A stretch of 63,978 nucleotides of DNA, counting the filler, from Octopus bimaculoides (Eukaryota): assembly GCF_001194135.2 (NCBI RefSeq). It is 5 parts of 4 records of this genome, joined end to end, with 100 filler letters (N's around TTAATTAATTAA, not from the genome) between each part and the next. Parts side by side here need not be neighbours in the genome. Positions count along the whole stretch, not along the records: positions 20,633 to 48,970 come from NC_068988.1; 4 more parts are not named here. One strand, written 5' to 3'. A program made the position numbers and the translations under genes. Positions 23,561 to 35,772 of the stretch are shown here, in pieces. Below the pieces are notes generated by a model that did not search any database, had not been told where the DNA came from, and saw nothing but the letters and a program-made list of their open reading frames with translations. Within the stretch, counting starts at the first letter, position 1. Every line of letters starts with the position of its first letter.

Positions 23561-26227
23561 CGAAAAATATCATAATATAACCAGACAACAATGGAACCAT
23601 TAAAGTGATTTATGATTGCACGGATATAAAGTTCTGAAAAAAAACTGATATCAAAACTTCGTTTGTTATGATAGATACACTATGGAGAAAATATATACCA
23701 CGTTTATATAAAAAAAATTCAACTGATAAAGAAGTGTATTATGTTACGAATTTTAATTGCAAAATGAGTAATTCCAAAGGGTCTGCAAAAGTATATGGCA
23801 ATAAATTAATCAATGAGGCTTGGAAAATTTAAGTATCTAACGTGTGTACAGATCCTCAGCGAACTGTTTAAATTTCTGATACATTGCATTGGTTCTCGCC
23901 TGAGAGACATTTTAAATGTCTTTCTAGAAAACTTGCTGATAGCTTTTGTAAGACGAATTCACAGCTCTCTGAGTGATTAATGTCAGATGCTCAACCCTCG
24001 CATAACAAAAATACCTATATTTATTTCTATGATGACGTGCCTAGGAAATAAGCTACACTTTATAAATGAATGGAGGCCAAAATTGAATGCATTATGGTTG
24101 GATTTGTAGCAATCTTTCTCATAATAATATTATACATAATATCAACGCTAACACGGTTCCTTGAACATTTTCATAGAGTTAAAACTATGTGGGAATGAAA
24201 GATATTATTTTTGTCTTACTGTGTACTTTTAAATTATGTAAACACATTTAGCTGCGTTTCAAATCTGTATTGTCAATGTATGATATGACATATGTAGATA
24301 TCTTGGACAGTTTTCATTATATATGTGCGCCCGCATAAAATTTTGTTATATATGCGTTTTATTTGTACCTTGGAATATTTCCTCTACAAAATAAAAGTTT
24401 ATTTGGACCACATATTGTGATGAGAAGGGACGACGTTATGCCCATGCTGCAGAGTGAGCACCGCTTATGGAAGCAAATAACATGCAAAGTACTTTCGACG
24501 TTTTCAAGAATTGATTCACTAGGCTTCTGTTCTCCCAATAATATTACAGAAACTTATTACATAAGATATCATGCAACTCGATATCATAAATTTACGAGTC
24601 TGACGTCTTCGCTATATAGTCATAATACCCAAAGGAGGCAATGTTACACAGTTTCCGTTATTGTAGATCTTGTTGAATATGGTGCTTAACCTAAAGTAAG
24701 CTATATTGAACGAGACCTATGACCTTATATTTTCCTGCCATGAGCCTGATTCTTTTTTGTCCTAAAGTATGAACTACATTATCCAAAATGCTCTGCATTT
24801 TCAACAGAAACCACCAGCTATATTTTGATAGAGATTCTGCTACTCTTTCTTGCAAGTCGATTAACCATGTTATTACTGTGCATTTAATTCGTAATGTGCT
24901 CAATACTGCAATGGAATTCAGTAAAAAGATATGATATTAAGATAGAAGATGCATCGAAATCTATTGAGATCGATAGTTTTCAACACATCACTGGAGAATA
25001 AATACAATAGCTAGACGTTAGCTCATGAGAACATTACAGAAATCAGAAGCTTTCAGATGTGAGATTGGGTTTTCTCCAGTTCCATTTAGTTTCTCTTACT
25101 TCTGGGAGTTGATACAATAAAATTGGTGCAACTCACTGAGATAATTAGCTAATTCGCTGACAGATATATGGGACATATAGTTACAGCTTTCGCATTTTCA
25201 TTCAGTCGTTTCATAAAATGGAGGTTACTCTGTATTACTGAAATTTGTCTGACACTAATTAAGTGTCCGATCAGCAAGACAATAATAAAGAACTATAGAA
25301 CTGCACCACTGCAATAGAAATATCTTTAAGAAGATCAAGGATACGAAACGTAAAAGAACGAAACGAAATAAAATACACTTCTTTGGTGAAATGTATCTAA
25401 TGCCCAGCAATGAAATATAAAAATGTGTCATTCGGTTTCAATTCTCACATGCAGTGGAATATTGTTACTGTAAAATACTGAAACTTCTCTGTGGAATTAC
25501 GACCGGCATATACAGTATAACCAGTGAGAATGACACTGGAAAACTAATTTGCTTGGATATAGACGTCCATGTGACTACATCAATATTGAACAGATAGATG
25601 TCAAATACCCGAGTTTCTGATTAATACAGAGGATATCTTATTTCATTCTATGATTGCATGAATTCAGAAATCACTCTTCTCTTGTATATTGACTTCTGGA
25701 GGATAAATCTGAAACTTGGGAAACACCAGAGTTCAATGAGCGTCCGATGGTATGTTGCAAATTTCCATAAAGAAATTCAATACCAACTGCATGCACGTTC
25801 TAAGACTTGCCTTTTGTCTAGAGCGCCAAAAGACATTGTGAATTTTGCTGAACGTCTTAAAGCCGATGACATAAATTAGTAGACCTCGGGACCGTGTGGT
25901 TGGGAAACAAATTTCTTAGGCACAATTTTGAAGGGAGTGGAGCAGACGATTTCATCGACACCAGTGTTCAACTACTAATTTCATCCAACTCTGAAAGAGT
26001 AAAAAGCAAAGACGAAATCGACGAAATTTGAACTCGGAACGTAACGACAGCAGAAATGCAGCTCGATGTCATAATAATAATTACAACCCATTTATTTGAC
26101 AGAAATTCGCAGAACGGGAAGTATTAAGCTGATAAGTTAGTAGCTCGCTTGTGGCGATACTGGTGGTCACTGAGAGCAGGGAGATTCAAATTGACGTATA
26201 ATATCACTAACATTGACCAGTAACAAA

Positions 26228-26420
26228 GCGGCGAGCTGGCAGAAACGGTAACACGCCGGGCAAAAATGCTTAAGAGTATTACGTCTGTCTACGTTCTGGG
26301 TTCAAATTCATCTTTTCAGGGTCGATAAATTAAGTACGAGTTGCGTACTGGAGTCGGTCTAATCGACTGGCCCACTCCCACAAAATTTCTACTCTTGTGC
26401 CTAGAGTAGAAAAGCATATT
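26228..26420 (+). mobile_element. SINE family B, near full length
   Basis: GCGGCGAGCTGGCAGAAACGGTAACACGCCGGGC...GGGTTCAAATTC...GTCGATAAATTAAGTAC...CTTGTGCCTAGAGTAGAAAAG. Confidence 0.85.
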
Positions 26421-27312
26421 GACTAGTAATATCAGTGAAATGTTCTATAGTCCACAGGATACCATCTTAAGAAATAATGTGGGATACAATTTAAATACTA
26501 AAATAATTTTGAATGCGTTGTAGAAGATGATAGGATCGGTGTATCAGGAACATTTTGATCAAAGGTTTAATAAATAAAGTTTTAAATGATGCTGAATGAC
26601 AGACGTTACTCTGAAAAATAAATCAGGATGACAAAATAGAATGTCATTTATACGATATAGAGATTCAACACGATATATTACCGATTGTTGAGCTTGCTTT
26701 ATTTGACCTTGATCCTTTTATTTCTATCTGGCGTAGACCAAAATAGCTGTGGAGCAGTGGTAGTTGAAGTCCTTTAGAATATTTGGTTGTTTCTTTCTGC
26801 GTTCTGACACNNNNNNNNNNNNNNNNNNNNNNNNNNNNNNNNNNNNNNNNNNNNNNNNNNNNNNNNNNNNNNNNNNNNNNNNNNNNNNNNNNNNNNNNNN
26901 NNNNNNNNNNNNNNNNNNNNNNNNNNNNNNNNNNNNNNNNNNNNNNNNNNNNNNNNNNNNNNNNNNNNNNNNNNNNNNNNNNNNNNNNNNNNNNNNNNNN
27001 NNNNNNNNNNNNNNNNNNNNNNNNNNNNNNNNNNNNNNNNNNNNNNNNNNNNNNNNNNNNNNNNNNNNNNNNNNNNNNNNNNNNNNNNNNNNNNNNNNNN
27101 NNNNNNNGTTTCAGTCACTTGATTGCAACCATGTTGGAGCACCACCTTAAGGTGTTTTAGTCGAACACATCGAAGCAAGGATTTTTTCTTTGTAAAATCT
27201 TTATTTTATCGGTTATTTTACAGAACCGCTATGTTATGGAGACAAAAACACACCAGCATCGGTTATCAAGTGATGGCGTGGGGACAAATAAATACACATG
27301 AATATATACATA

Positions 27313-28088
27313 TACTAGCCTAAGTACCCGACATTGCCCGGAAGTTTAAAGAATGTTAAACGAAATAAATAGATTTATTCTGAGAGTATATTTTCAGAAA
27401 GATTCTATCAGATGACGTGAGTAAAAGCAAAATTATTAAAACAAATCCTGAAATCAATTTAATTTTGTCGAACTTCTAAATATACAATACTTACAGTGTA
27501 CAAAGAAAAAAGTTTGGACTTCCAACTTACGAACATCCTACATATAATTGTCCATAAAAGTAAGGAGAAGCAAGGTTAAGTCCAACAACATTGAGCGATT
27601 GTGCATGAGATTTGTTTATGGACATAGCAAAATGTTATTCCACGCGAAACTGGTGCCGTTTAAATTCATAGCGGAGGTCAGATGGGATTAATAGGATCCA
27701 TAGAATGAAGACATCATCACCCTTATATTTCTCAAGAGAAATTAATTCTGGCGGTAAGAGCTAAACATCTTGTTTCATTATTACAATCAAAAAGCGTTTA
27801 TCTTCAAAGAATAAAAAGGTGGGGTTGTAGACGTATGACGGAGAATTATTCAATATCGTATTTGCTTCTATCAGAATCGTTTAGCTTTAAAGCGAAAAAA
27901 CAAAACCAACGTATACGACTGGTATGTAAAACATATTCCTGCTTTTGACAAAAAGTAAAAAATTTAGTGACACCCCCTAGAACCTTCCCTGAGTAATGAA
28001 AAACCTTCATGCCAAATTTTATACAGATTGATCCAGCAGTTTGTCCGTGCATAGAAGAAACACACGCAGATGGTGAATCTTATTGATA
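27313..28088 (+). mobile_element. Possible non-autonomous Helitron/Helentron-type element
   Basis: Starts ACTAG...TACCCGACATTGCCCGG and ends ...AACCTTCATGCCAAATTTT...GATCCAGCAGTTT...AAACACAC. This resembles Lep1-like Helitron termini, recalled from memory rather than aligned. Confidence 0.4.
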
Positions 28089-28331
28089 CCGTGCTTACGT
28101 AGAGCAGGTAGAAAAAGTGTTATACCACTCCAACAATGGATAAATAAATGTAGCTCCTTATTATCTATTTCAACTTTGCATGGCATAGAAGAGATGAGTG
28201 AAGTGGGGAACACATAAATCTGCGTTACTCCTTGACAGAACAATAGGCCATATGGTTAGAAGGAAATTGTAGATTCGATTTCGAATTTGAGGTCGGCGTA
28301 TATATAAGTGTGCATATATTAAGATTAAGTT

Positions 28332-28860
28332 TTATCAATTGATGATCAGCAGAATAGAAAGTAATTAGTAAAGAGAAAATGTAACCTTGAATAATGACAA
28401 TACCAATTTGAATCAATAAAATAATTGATGTTGTAATAATAGAAGTGTTAATTAATGAAAATGATAGAAAATCACCAATTAAAGTTGAAATAAAATGACC
28501 GGCTCTAATGTTAGCTGGAATTACAGGTTACAGGCTGGACTCTAATTCTCATAATTTCAATTAAAGGTAAGAAGGGAATTAAAATTGAAGGAGTACCTAA
28601 AGGTAATAGAGATGCAAGCGATGAATATCTATTATTATGGTAGGAAGATGAAATTAATCTAAATGATAAAGGGAAAGAAAGAGAAAAAGATATAGCCAAA
28701 TGGCTAGTAGTTCTAAAAACATGGAATTAAACCTAGAAGATTAAAATTGATGATTATTAAGAATAATGATGAAATAATAAATATCCAAGTAGAAATAGTC
28801 ACATCTGATTTAAATATGAAATATCGAGTGTAGTCTATCTAATTTTATTAGCTTCATTCC
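28332..28860 (-). pseudogene. atp6: NUMT: mitochondrial ATP synthase F0 subunit 6 fragment
   Basis: In the invertebrate mitochondrial code: ISSLFLMIINFNLLGLIPCVFSTTSHLAMSFSLSFP...LLPLGTPSILIPFLPLIEIMSISVQPVT [frameshift] ANISAGHFISTLIGDFL...IGIVIIQGYIFSLLITFYSADH. Motifs FSTTSHL, LPLGTP, ANISAGH and IQGYIF are atp6 hallmarks. Confidence 0.93.
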
Positions 28861-28892
28861 ACAAATAATTATTTGAATAACTCATGTTGATA

Positions 28893-29141
28893 TACTCTTT
28901 TACTTGTTTCAATCATTTGACTGTGGCCATACTGGAGCACCACCTTTAGTCGAAGAAATCGACCCCAGGACTTATTCTTTGTAAGCGAAGTACTTATTCT
29001 ATCGGGTTCTTTTGCCGAACCGCTAGGTTACGGGGACGTAAACACACCAGCATCTGTTGTCAAGCGATGTTGGGGGAGAGACACAGACACACAAACATAC
29101 ACACAAACACACACACAAACACACACACACACACACACACA

Positions 29142-29202
<61 letters not shown>

Positions 29203-29360
29203 GACGGGCTTCTTTCAGTTTCCGTCTACCAAATCCACTAAGAAGGCTTTGCTCGGCCGGAGGCTAGAGTAGAAAACACTTGCCCAAGGTGCCGAGCAAT
29301 GGGACGGAACCCAGAACCATGTAGTTAGTAAGCAAGCTACTTACCACACAGTCACTCCTA
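28893..29360 (-). mobile_element. SINE family A, full length with internal (CA)n(TA)n
   Basis: Complete head, body, microsatellite and AAAAGAGTA tail on the minus strand. Confidence 0.9.
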
Positions 29361-31593
29361 TCTAACTTATTTATAAAATTTATCGTATAAATTGCAAGAT
29401 ATTCTACAGCGTATGAGTATGCGTCCGTATGAAGACGTTTCATTATTTAGAAACCTTACTGTTTCTTTTTCTCTAAATCTCTTGTCACATTATCGCAATT
29501 AAAAAATGTTTCACAATCGTTTACCTTTAAAGCCAAAAGAACGAACCGTCGTAATTTTCAGACAGCCTACCTATTTCTGTCAAATTTAAGAAGTATATTA
29601 GTTTCTATATGCTTTCTGTGCGAATGTCTTTTTTTTTTCTATGATAGTGAATACACATAAGTCTTAAATTGTACTCTGACAGATAATTTTGGAATATTCG
29701 GCACTGGATTGTATGTAACCAAGTTGGTCATTAATAAGATATCCTATTTTACGATAATGCAAGTGAACTCTTCATCTCAATTTCACTTCCATCAATTGCC
29801 AGTAACATCTTCATGATTTATAACAATAAGTTGAAATGCGTTATTTATGAATAACGATTGTCTACAAACAAAATATCTTACTAGAATTTGATTTGAATTC
29901 AAACATCTAGTAATTATAATAATTCCATTTACATATAAAGAAAGAAAAGATACTACCCGACGTGACGTGAACTCGGAATGTAAGGAATTTCCCTATGGAT
30001 ACTCGTGTATATCTGTTTATAAAACAGATACCCTTTAAGTTACATCCTACGACATAACAAATGAATAATCAGCAGTTTGCCTATTGGGCAGTTGGGATGG
30101 TCACGGCAGGAATTATTTTGATTATAAATCTGTTTAATACAGGTTTACCTTCGGGTAAATACACTTCAAACTAACTTTATTCTATTGAAATATATTCAAA
30201 CAAAGAAAGGGAATGGTACTTGCTAATGTAGTATTGATCTTATATTTGCACTTAAAGTTCAAGCAGAGCACAGTTAGGTTTAATCAACATTAAAAACTTC
30301 CTGAATTTACACCGGTCCGACATCACAATACCGAAATAACTGGAGAATAGTTATAGATGCATACAATCTCATTTCTTTCTTAAATATATTATTCAATAAG
30401 AAAAAAAATTATAGGATCATGAAAGATCTTCCACCACAGTACTTCATCTTTCTTAACCAATTATACCTCCAACAAAGAACAATGGATGCCACATCTAAAA
30501 ATTATATGCTTATTTAAATAACTTAATTGCGTAAAAAGAAGTAGAAAAATAGGCTTACTTATTAAACATAGATCATGTGGTGATATATAAGAATATATTG
30601 AAACCTGCTAAATATAAATTTCAATTATTTAACAGTTATACTTTTCGTTTTACAGAGGTTTAATGCGTTTCTCACAATTTCTAACATTTTGCTGAGGTTT
30701 GCATGTTTTGTAAAATGCATTGGATGTCTCTTTTGCATTCGCTACTGTATTTTTGTATCGACATTAGTCTGTCTTTTTACGCTGTCAGTTTGCCTGTATC
30801 TATAAATCTATGTATGATTATATATTTATCATTTCCATTTAAATATATACGCATATATTTTTTAAAATATATATACCGCTTTTGACACACATTTTATGTC
30901 ACCATCTCGACAGAGTACAGAATGACATACATGTATTTATTCACAAATTTCAATTCTTTAACAGTTATACTTCTTTTTTACAGACGTTTAATGCGTTTCA
31001 CACAATTTCTAACATTGAGCTTTGGCTTGCATGTCTGAGTAGGATTCTATGTATTTNNNNNNNNNNNNNNNNNNNNNNNNNNNNNNNNNNNNNNNNNNNN
31101 NNNNNNNNNNNNNNNNNNNNNNNNNNNNNNNNNNNNNNNNNNNNNNNNNNNNNNNNNNNNNNNNNNNNNNNNNNNNNNNNNNNNNNNNNNNNNNNNNNNN
31201 NNNNNNNNNNNNNNNNNNNNNNNNNNNNNNNNNNNNNNNNNNNNNNNNNNNNNNNNNNNNNNNNNNNNNNNNNNNNNNNNNNNNNNNNNNNNNNNNNNNN
31301 NNNNNNNNNNNNNNNNNNNNNNNNNNNNNNNNNNNNNNNNNNNNNNNNNNNNNNNNNNNNNNNNNNNNNNNNNNNNNNNNNNNNNNNNNNNNNNNNNNNN
31401 NNNNNNNNNNNNNNNNNNNNNNNNNNNNNNNNNNNNNNNNNNNNNNNNNNNNNNNNNNNNNNNNNNNNNNNNNNNNNNNNNNNNNNNNNNNNNNNNNNNN
31501 NNNNNNNNNNNNNNNNNNNNNNNNNNNNNNNNNNNNNNNNNNNNNNNNNNNNNNNNNNNNNNNNNNNNNNNNNNNNNNNNNNNNNNNNNNNNN

Positions 31594-31825
31594 AAAGAAG
31601 CCCATCGTATATATGTATATGTGTGTGTGTGCGTGTGTGTGTGTGTGTGTTTGTGTGTGTGCGTATGTGTCTGTGTTTGCCCCCCTCCAACATCGCTTGA
31701 CAACCGATAGAATAAGGACTGTGGTTACAAAGAATAAGTCATGGGGTCGATAGGCTCGACTAAAAGGCGGTGTTCTAGCATGGCCACAGTCAAATAACTG
31801 AAAGAAGTTAAAGAGTAAAAGAGTA
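31594..31825 (+). mobile_element. SINE family A, 3' half (5' part in a gap)
   Basis: AAAGAAGCCC.TCG-(TA/TG)n...CATGGCCACAGTCAAAT...AAAGAGTAAAAGAGTA. Confidence 0.85.
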
Positions 31826-32772
31826 ACTAAATGTGGCAGTCCCATAGAGGACGATACTACTGCTGTTTTTAGCTCCAGGAGGATATCTCTTCCAGCTGGC
31901 TAACGACACACTCGCTCAAAGATTTAATGTTGCCTATATATATATATATATAGATAGATAGATAGATAGATAGGGAGATATAGATGTGTGTGTGTGTGTG
32001 TGCGTGCGTGTGTGTGCGCGTGCGCGTGTGTGTGTGTACGTATATATATGTACAAGCATTGATACATATATGTATATGTGTGAGTGAGTCTTCCAGTATT
32101 TCAATATGATATATATCTATGTACGTGTATAAAGAATTTTGTTCGGAGACTACTAAAGCGGAAACAAATATTCCAGAGCACTAGAGGGTTTCCTTTCCGT
32201 TCATTTGTTAATTTATTGAGCTGTGGAATGCATTTTTGTTTCTTAGCTAACAAAATTAATTATTAGCATGAGGTTGAATTGTATTGTGAACGTCTTTCAT
32301 TCACTAACACTTCTGTTTGTTTCCTTTCACGTTCAGCAACTATGATGTTATAGCTAGATCCCAACGGAGAATTGTTACCGAAAGATAAAAGTGAAATTTT
32401 AACATATTATAGAAACTATGATCATTAAAATAATATTTGTGTTTGTAATTTTATAATCATATTTATCACAATTATTATTACTGATCATGTTGCTCTGGTT
32501 ATCTCAATTTTCTTTTATAATATCATTCCAAGAAGACGAACTCATTTTCCTTAGTGCTAAATGGTATAGTGGGATACTAGCGCTGCCCTACATGGCATTA
32601 ATGTACGTGTCAAACTTATGAAACTTATACAATCTCTTTTATATTCAGTTTTATTGAACAAGTTTTGTTTTCTTTATTTCCGTTATCGCTTAACTAATGT
32701 TTTTGCTTCCCATCTGATTAAAACTCCCCATTCCGCGCAGTTCTGTCAAATAAGTGGGTTTGGATTATTATT

Positions 32773-32955
32773 GCAGTGAGCCGGGAGAAACGGTAGCACA
32801 CTGGACAAAACGCTTTGCTGCATTTCTTCCGTCTTTACGTTCTGAGTTCAAATTCTGCCGAGGTCGACTTTGTTTTAAACACTTTCAGAATCGGATGAAA
32901 TAAGTAGTAGTTGAACACTGGGTCGATGAAATCCTCTGCTCCTCTCTCTTCAAAA
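32773..32955 (+). mobile_element. SINE family B
   Basis: GAGAAACGGTAGCACACTGGAC...TACGTTCTGAGTTCAAATTCTGCCGAGGTCGACTTTG. Confidence 0.75.
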
Positions 32956-32956
32956 T

Positions 32957-33326
32957 TGTGCCTAAGACATTTGCTTCACAACCACATGGTTCCAGTTTCA
33001 GTTCCACTGCGTGACATCCTGCAAATAACTTCTAGTATAATCTCAGGCAGAACAAAGGCTTGCCAGTGGTTTTGGTAGATGGAAACTGAAAGAAGCCCGT
33101 CATATATGCGTGTGTGTGTCTTTGTGTATATGTTTGTCCACCACCACCGCTTGACAGCCGGTATTGGTGTGTTTATATCTTCGTAACCTACCAGTTAGAC
33201 AAAAGAGATTGATAGAATAATTGTCAGCTTTAAAGAAAATTCTTGGGTCGCTCCATTCGACTAAATTTTCTTCAAAGTGATGCCCCATTATTGCCACAAT
33301 CTACTGAGTGAAGCAAATAAAAGATA
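32957..33326 (+). mobile_element. SINE family A, diverged
   Basis: CAACCACATGGTTCCAGTTTCAGTTCCACTGCGTG...GGAAACTGAAAGAAGCCCGTC...GATAGAATAA. Confidence 0.75.
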
Positions 33327-33335
33327 GCAGAAAGA

Positions 33336-33380
<45 letters not shown>

Positions 33381-35049
33381 GGTGTTATTATTATTTCATT
33401 TACCTACAACATATTAGATTTTGGAAAAAATTCCTAACGTCGTCCTACAACAAGTAAACTTAGATGCAAAGAACCCTCCTAAGTATCCTAGCTGTCCTTA
33501 ATAACGGAGTTTTCTGGAGCTGCACTAAACTAGGCATTTTCTCTAATTCCTCTATTCATATGTTCATGTCTTTATGGATAGTTCCTTATGTACCTTTAAC
33601 TTCACTTTTCGGTTTCACTATCTCCTACCGTTAAAATAGCGACTAATTTCATACGCTTATTTTTATAGTTTGTTCAATATAAGAATCAGCAGAGCAACAA
33701 ATTAAATGCCTTGAGTGTTCACGTTGTGATTGCGATTCCCACTAGGGCCAACAAAGCTCTTCAACAGACCGAGTTCGATAAAATAGGGCACAAGTTACGT
33801 ATTGTTGCGGGCAACATTTATTATTCCCTTCGCTTGAACTATCTGGCCTTGAACCTGAATCAGAAACAATAGCAACTTCTATTATCGTGATCTCAAGAAA
33901 CACTCCGGTCAGTGCCGAATGTTACGAAGATCTGTGTGATATTTCCGAGAAAGAATAAATTTAGATGAGGTACAATACTTATAATTGAAGATATTTTGAT
34001 GTTTCAAATAGAATATTAGCAGAGCATCGTACTATCAGGGTTCGGATTTTAGAACACTTCACGAAAATACTTTCTATCGTATTTAAATATTCCGTTAGAC
34101 ATTTATTTATTGGTTTCGTGCGACAAAACATGAAGCAAACGTGGCTAAAGCGTTCTTCAGTGAAATGGGGTTCTTAGCGAGAGAAGTTTAAGAGACAGTT
34201 GTAGAAGAAGTATAAAAATGAATGCGGTAGGAGAGGAAAATAAGAAATGAAAAAAGTGCTGTTAGAAAATCTTCAAAATTTACAATGTATTAGTGAGTGC
34301 ATAACAGTTACACCCACCAAAAACACACAAGTGTACACGTGGCACGCGCACGACTATTAACACACACACGCAAGCGTGCACATATATAAAATATGTGTGT
34401 TTGTTCTTGTTTGTCTATGTGTTTGCGTGTGTGTGTAGATACACATATTTTTACAAATGCATATATGCACATATACATACATATATATGTATGTATATTT
34501 ACATGTTTATATATATATATATATATATATATATTTACAAATGTATACACACACACATATGGATGACTGTACAATGTGTGTGTGTGTTTATGTACATGCG
34601 CGTATGTGTGTGTAAGTGTGTTTGATGTCAGAATGACATATAGGTATTCGAGAAAACCTCCTTGAACGAGACGTATATGTCAACTGTAATACGACACTTC
34701 TTCGACTCTCTCTACTTTTCCATTACGCACTTCACGCTGTCAGCCCACGACATACATCAGCGTTTATATGTATTTTGTTTTCTACAGAACATTTTTCCTT
34801 GTATCTTTTATCTTTTTTTTTTATAGGTTAAGTGATTATTTTCTCCTTGTAATGTTCTTGGCCCCACTCAAGCTCATAGACAAATACACCGAGTTTTAAA
34901 GTAAAAATTCTACACGGTTAAATAGGTTTGGAACCAAATATTTTTGCATTTTATTATCATACACTTTATATATTGATGGTTGTTCATTTTCTAATATTCA
35001 TGCATCAATATATTTATACTCAATATTACTACAATTTTAGGAATTGTAA

Positions 35050-35772
35050 TGAGATGGCAAAATTGTTAGCACGCTGTGTAAGTTGCTTAGCTGCATTTCG
35101 TCCGTCTCTACTTTCTATTCCGCCCAGGTTGACGTTGCTTTCAACCTTTCTGATTCGATCAAATAAGTACCAGTTGAGCACTGGAGTCGATGTAATCGAT
35201 TTACTCCTCCCTGGAATTGGTGGATATGTTCCAAAATTTAAAAATAATATTACTATTATTCTTAAGGCAAGAAGCTGGCAGAATCGTTAGCACACCGGAA
35301 AAATACTTAGCAGCATTCCGTCCGTCCTTACGTTTTAAGTTCAAATTCCATCCAGGTCGAATTTGCCTTTCATTACTCTGGGTTTGACAAAATATGTATC
35401 AATTAAGTACTGAGGTTGATATTGGTGTTTTTATAAGGCATAATAGCATGAGAATGTGTATGACCTCTTAAAGAACTGAAACCGACGTACACGTGTAACA
35501 TCCCAAGCATATTTGATTATAAATAATACATGTAAATTTATCCATGAAAACTCAGAGTATGAACTGCTTGTGATAATATCGATTTCAAATGTTGGCACAA
35601 GGCCAGTGATTCCGGGAGCGGTAGATAAGTATATTACATCGCCCCAGTTCGACGCCGAATTGATAAACTGCAAAATCGGCCATGGCGGAATTTGATCTCA
35701 GAACTAAAGACGGGCGGAATGCATTGGAGATTTTGCTCGGCACACTAACGATTTGGTTAGTTCGCCACCTTA
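35050..35772. mobile_element. Cluster of three SINE family B copies (35050-35235 +, 35262-35430 +, 35578-35772 -)
   Basis: Each shows GGCAGAA..GTTAGCAC...TTCAAAT/AAGTAC motifs. Confidence 0.7.

Noticed and set aside
25323-25357. TCTTT-AAGAAGA...GAAACGTA-AAAGA resembling the 49163 hammerhead
   Set aside because: The CU of the core is absent and stem II cannot form; possibly chance in A-rich DNA.
24400-25900. Possible decayed transposase (CPCC..AYGS segment; ORF 25658-25879)
   Set aside because: No diagnostic motif could be confirmed by eye.
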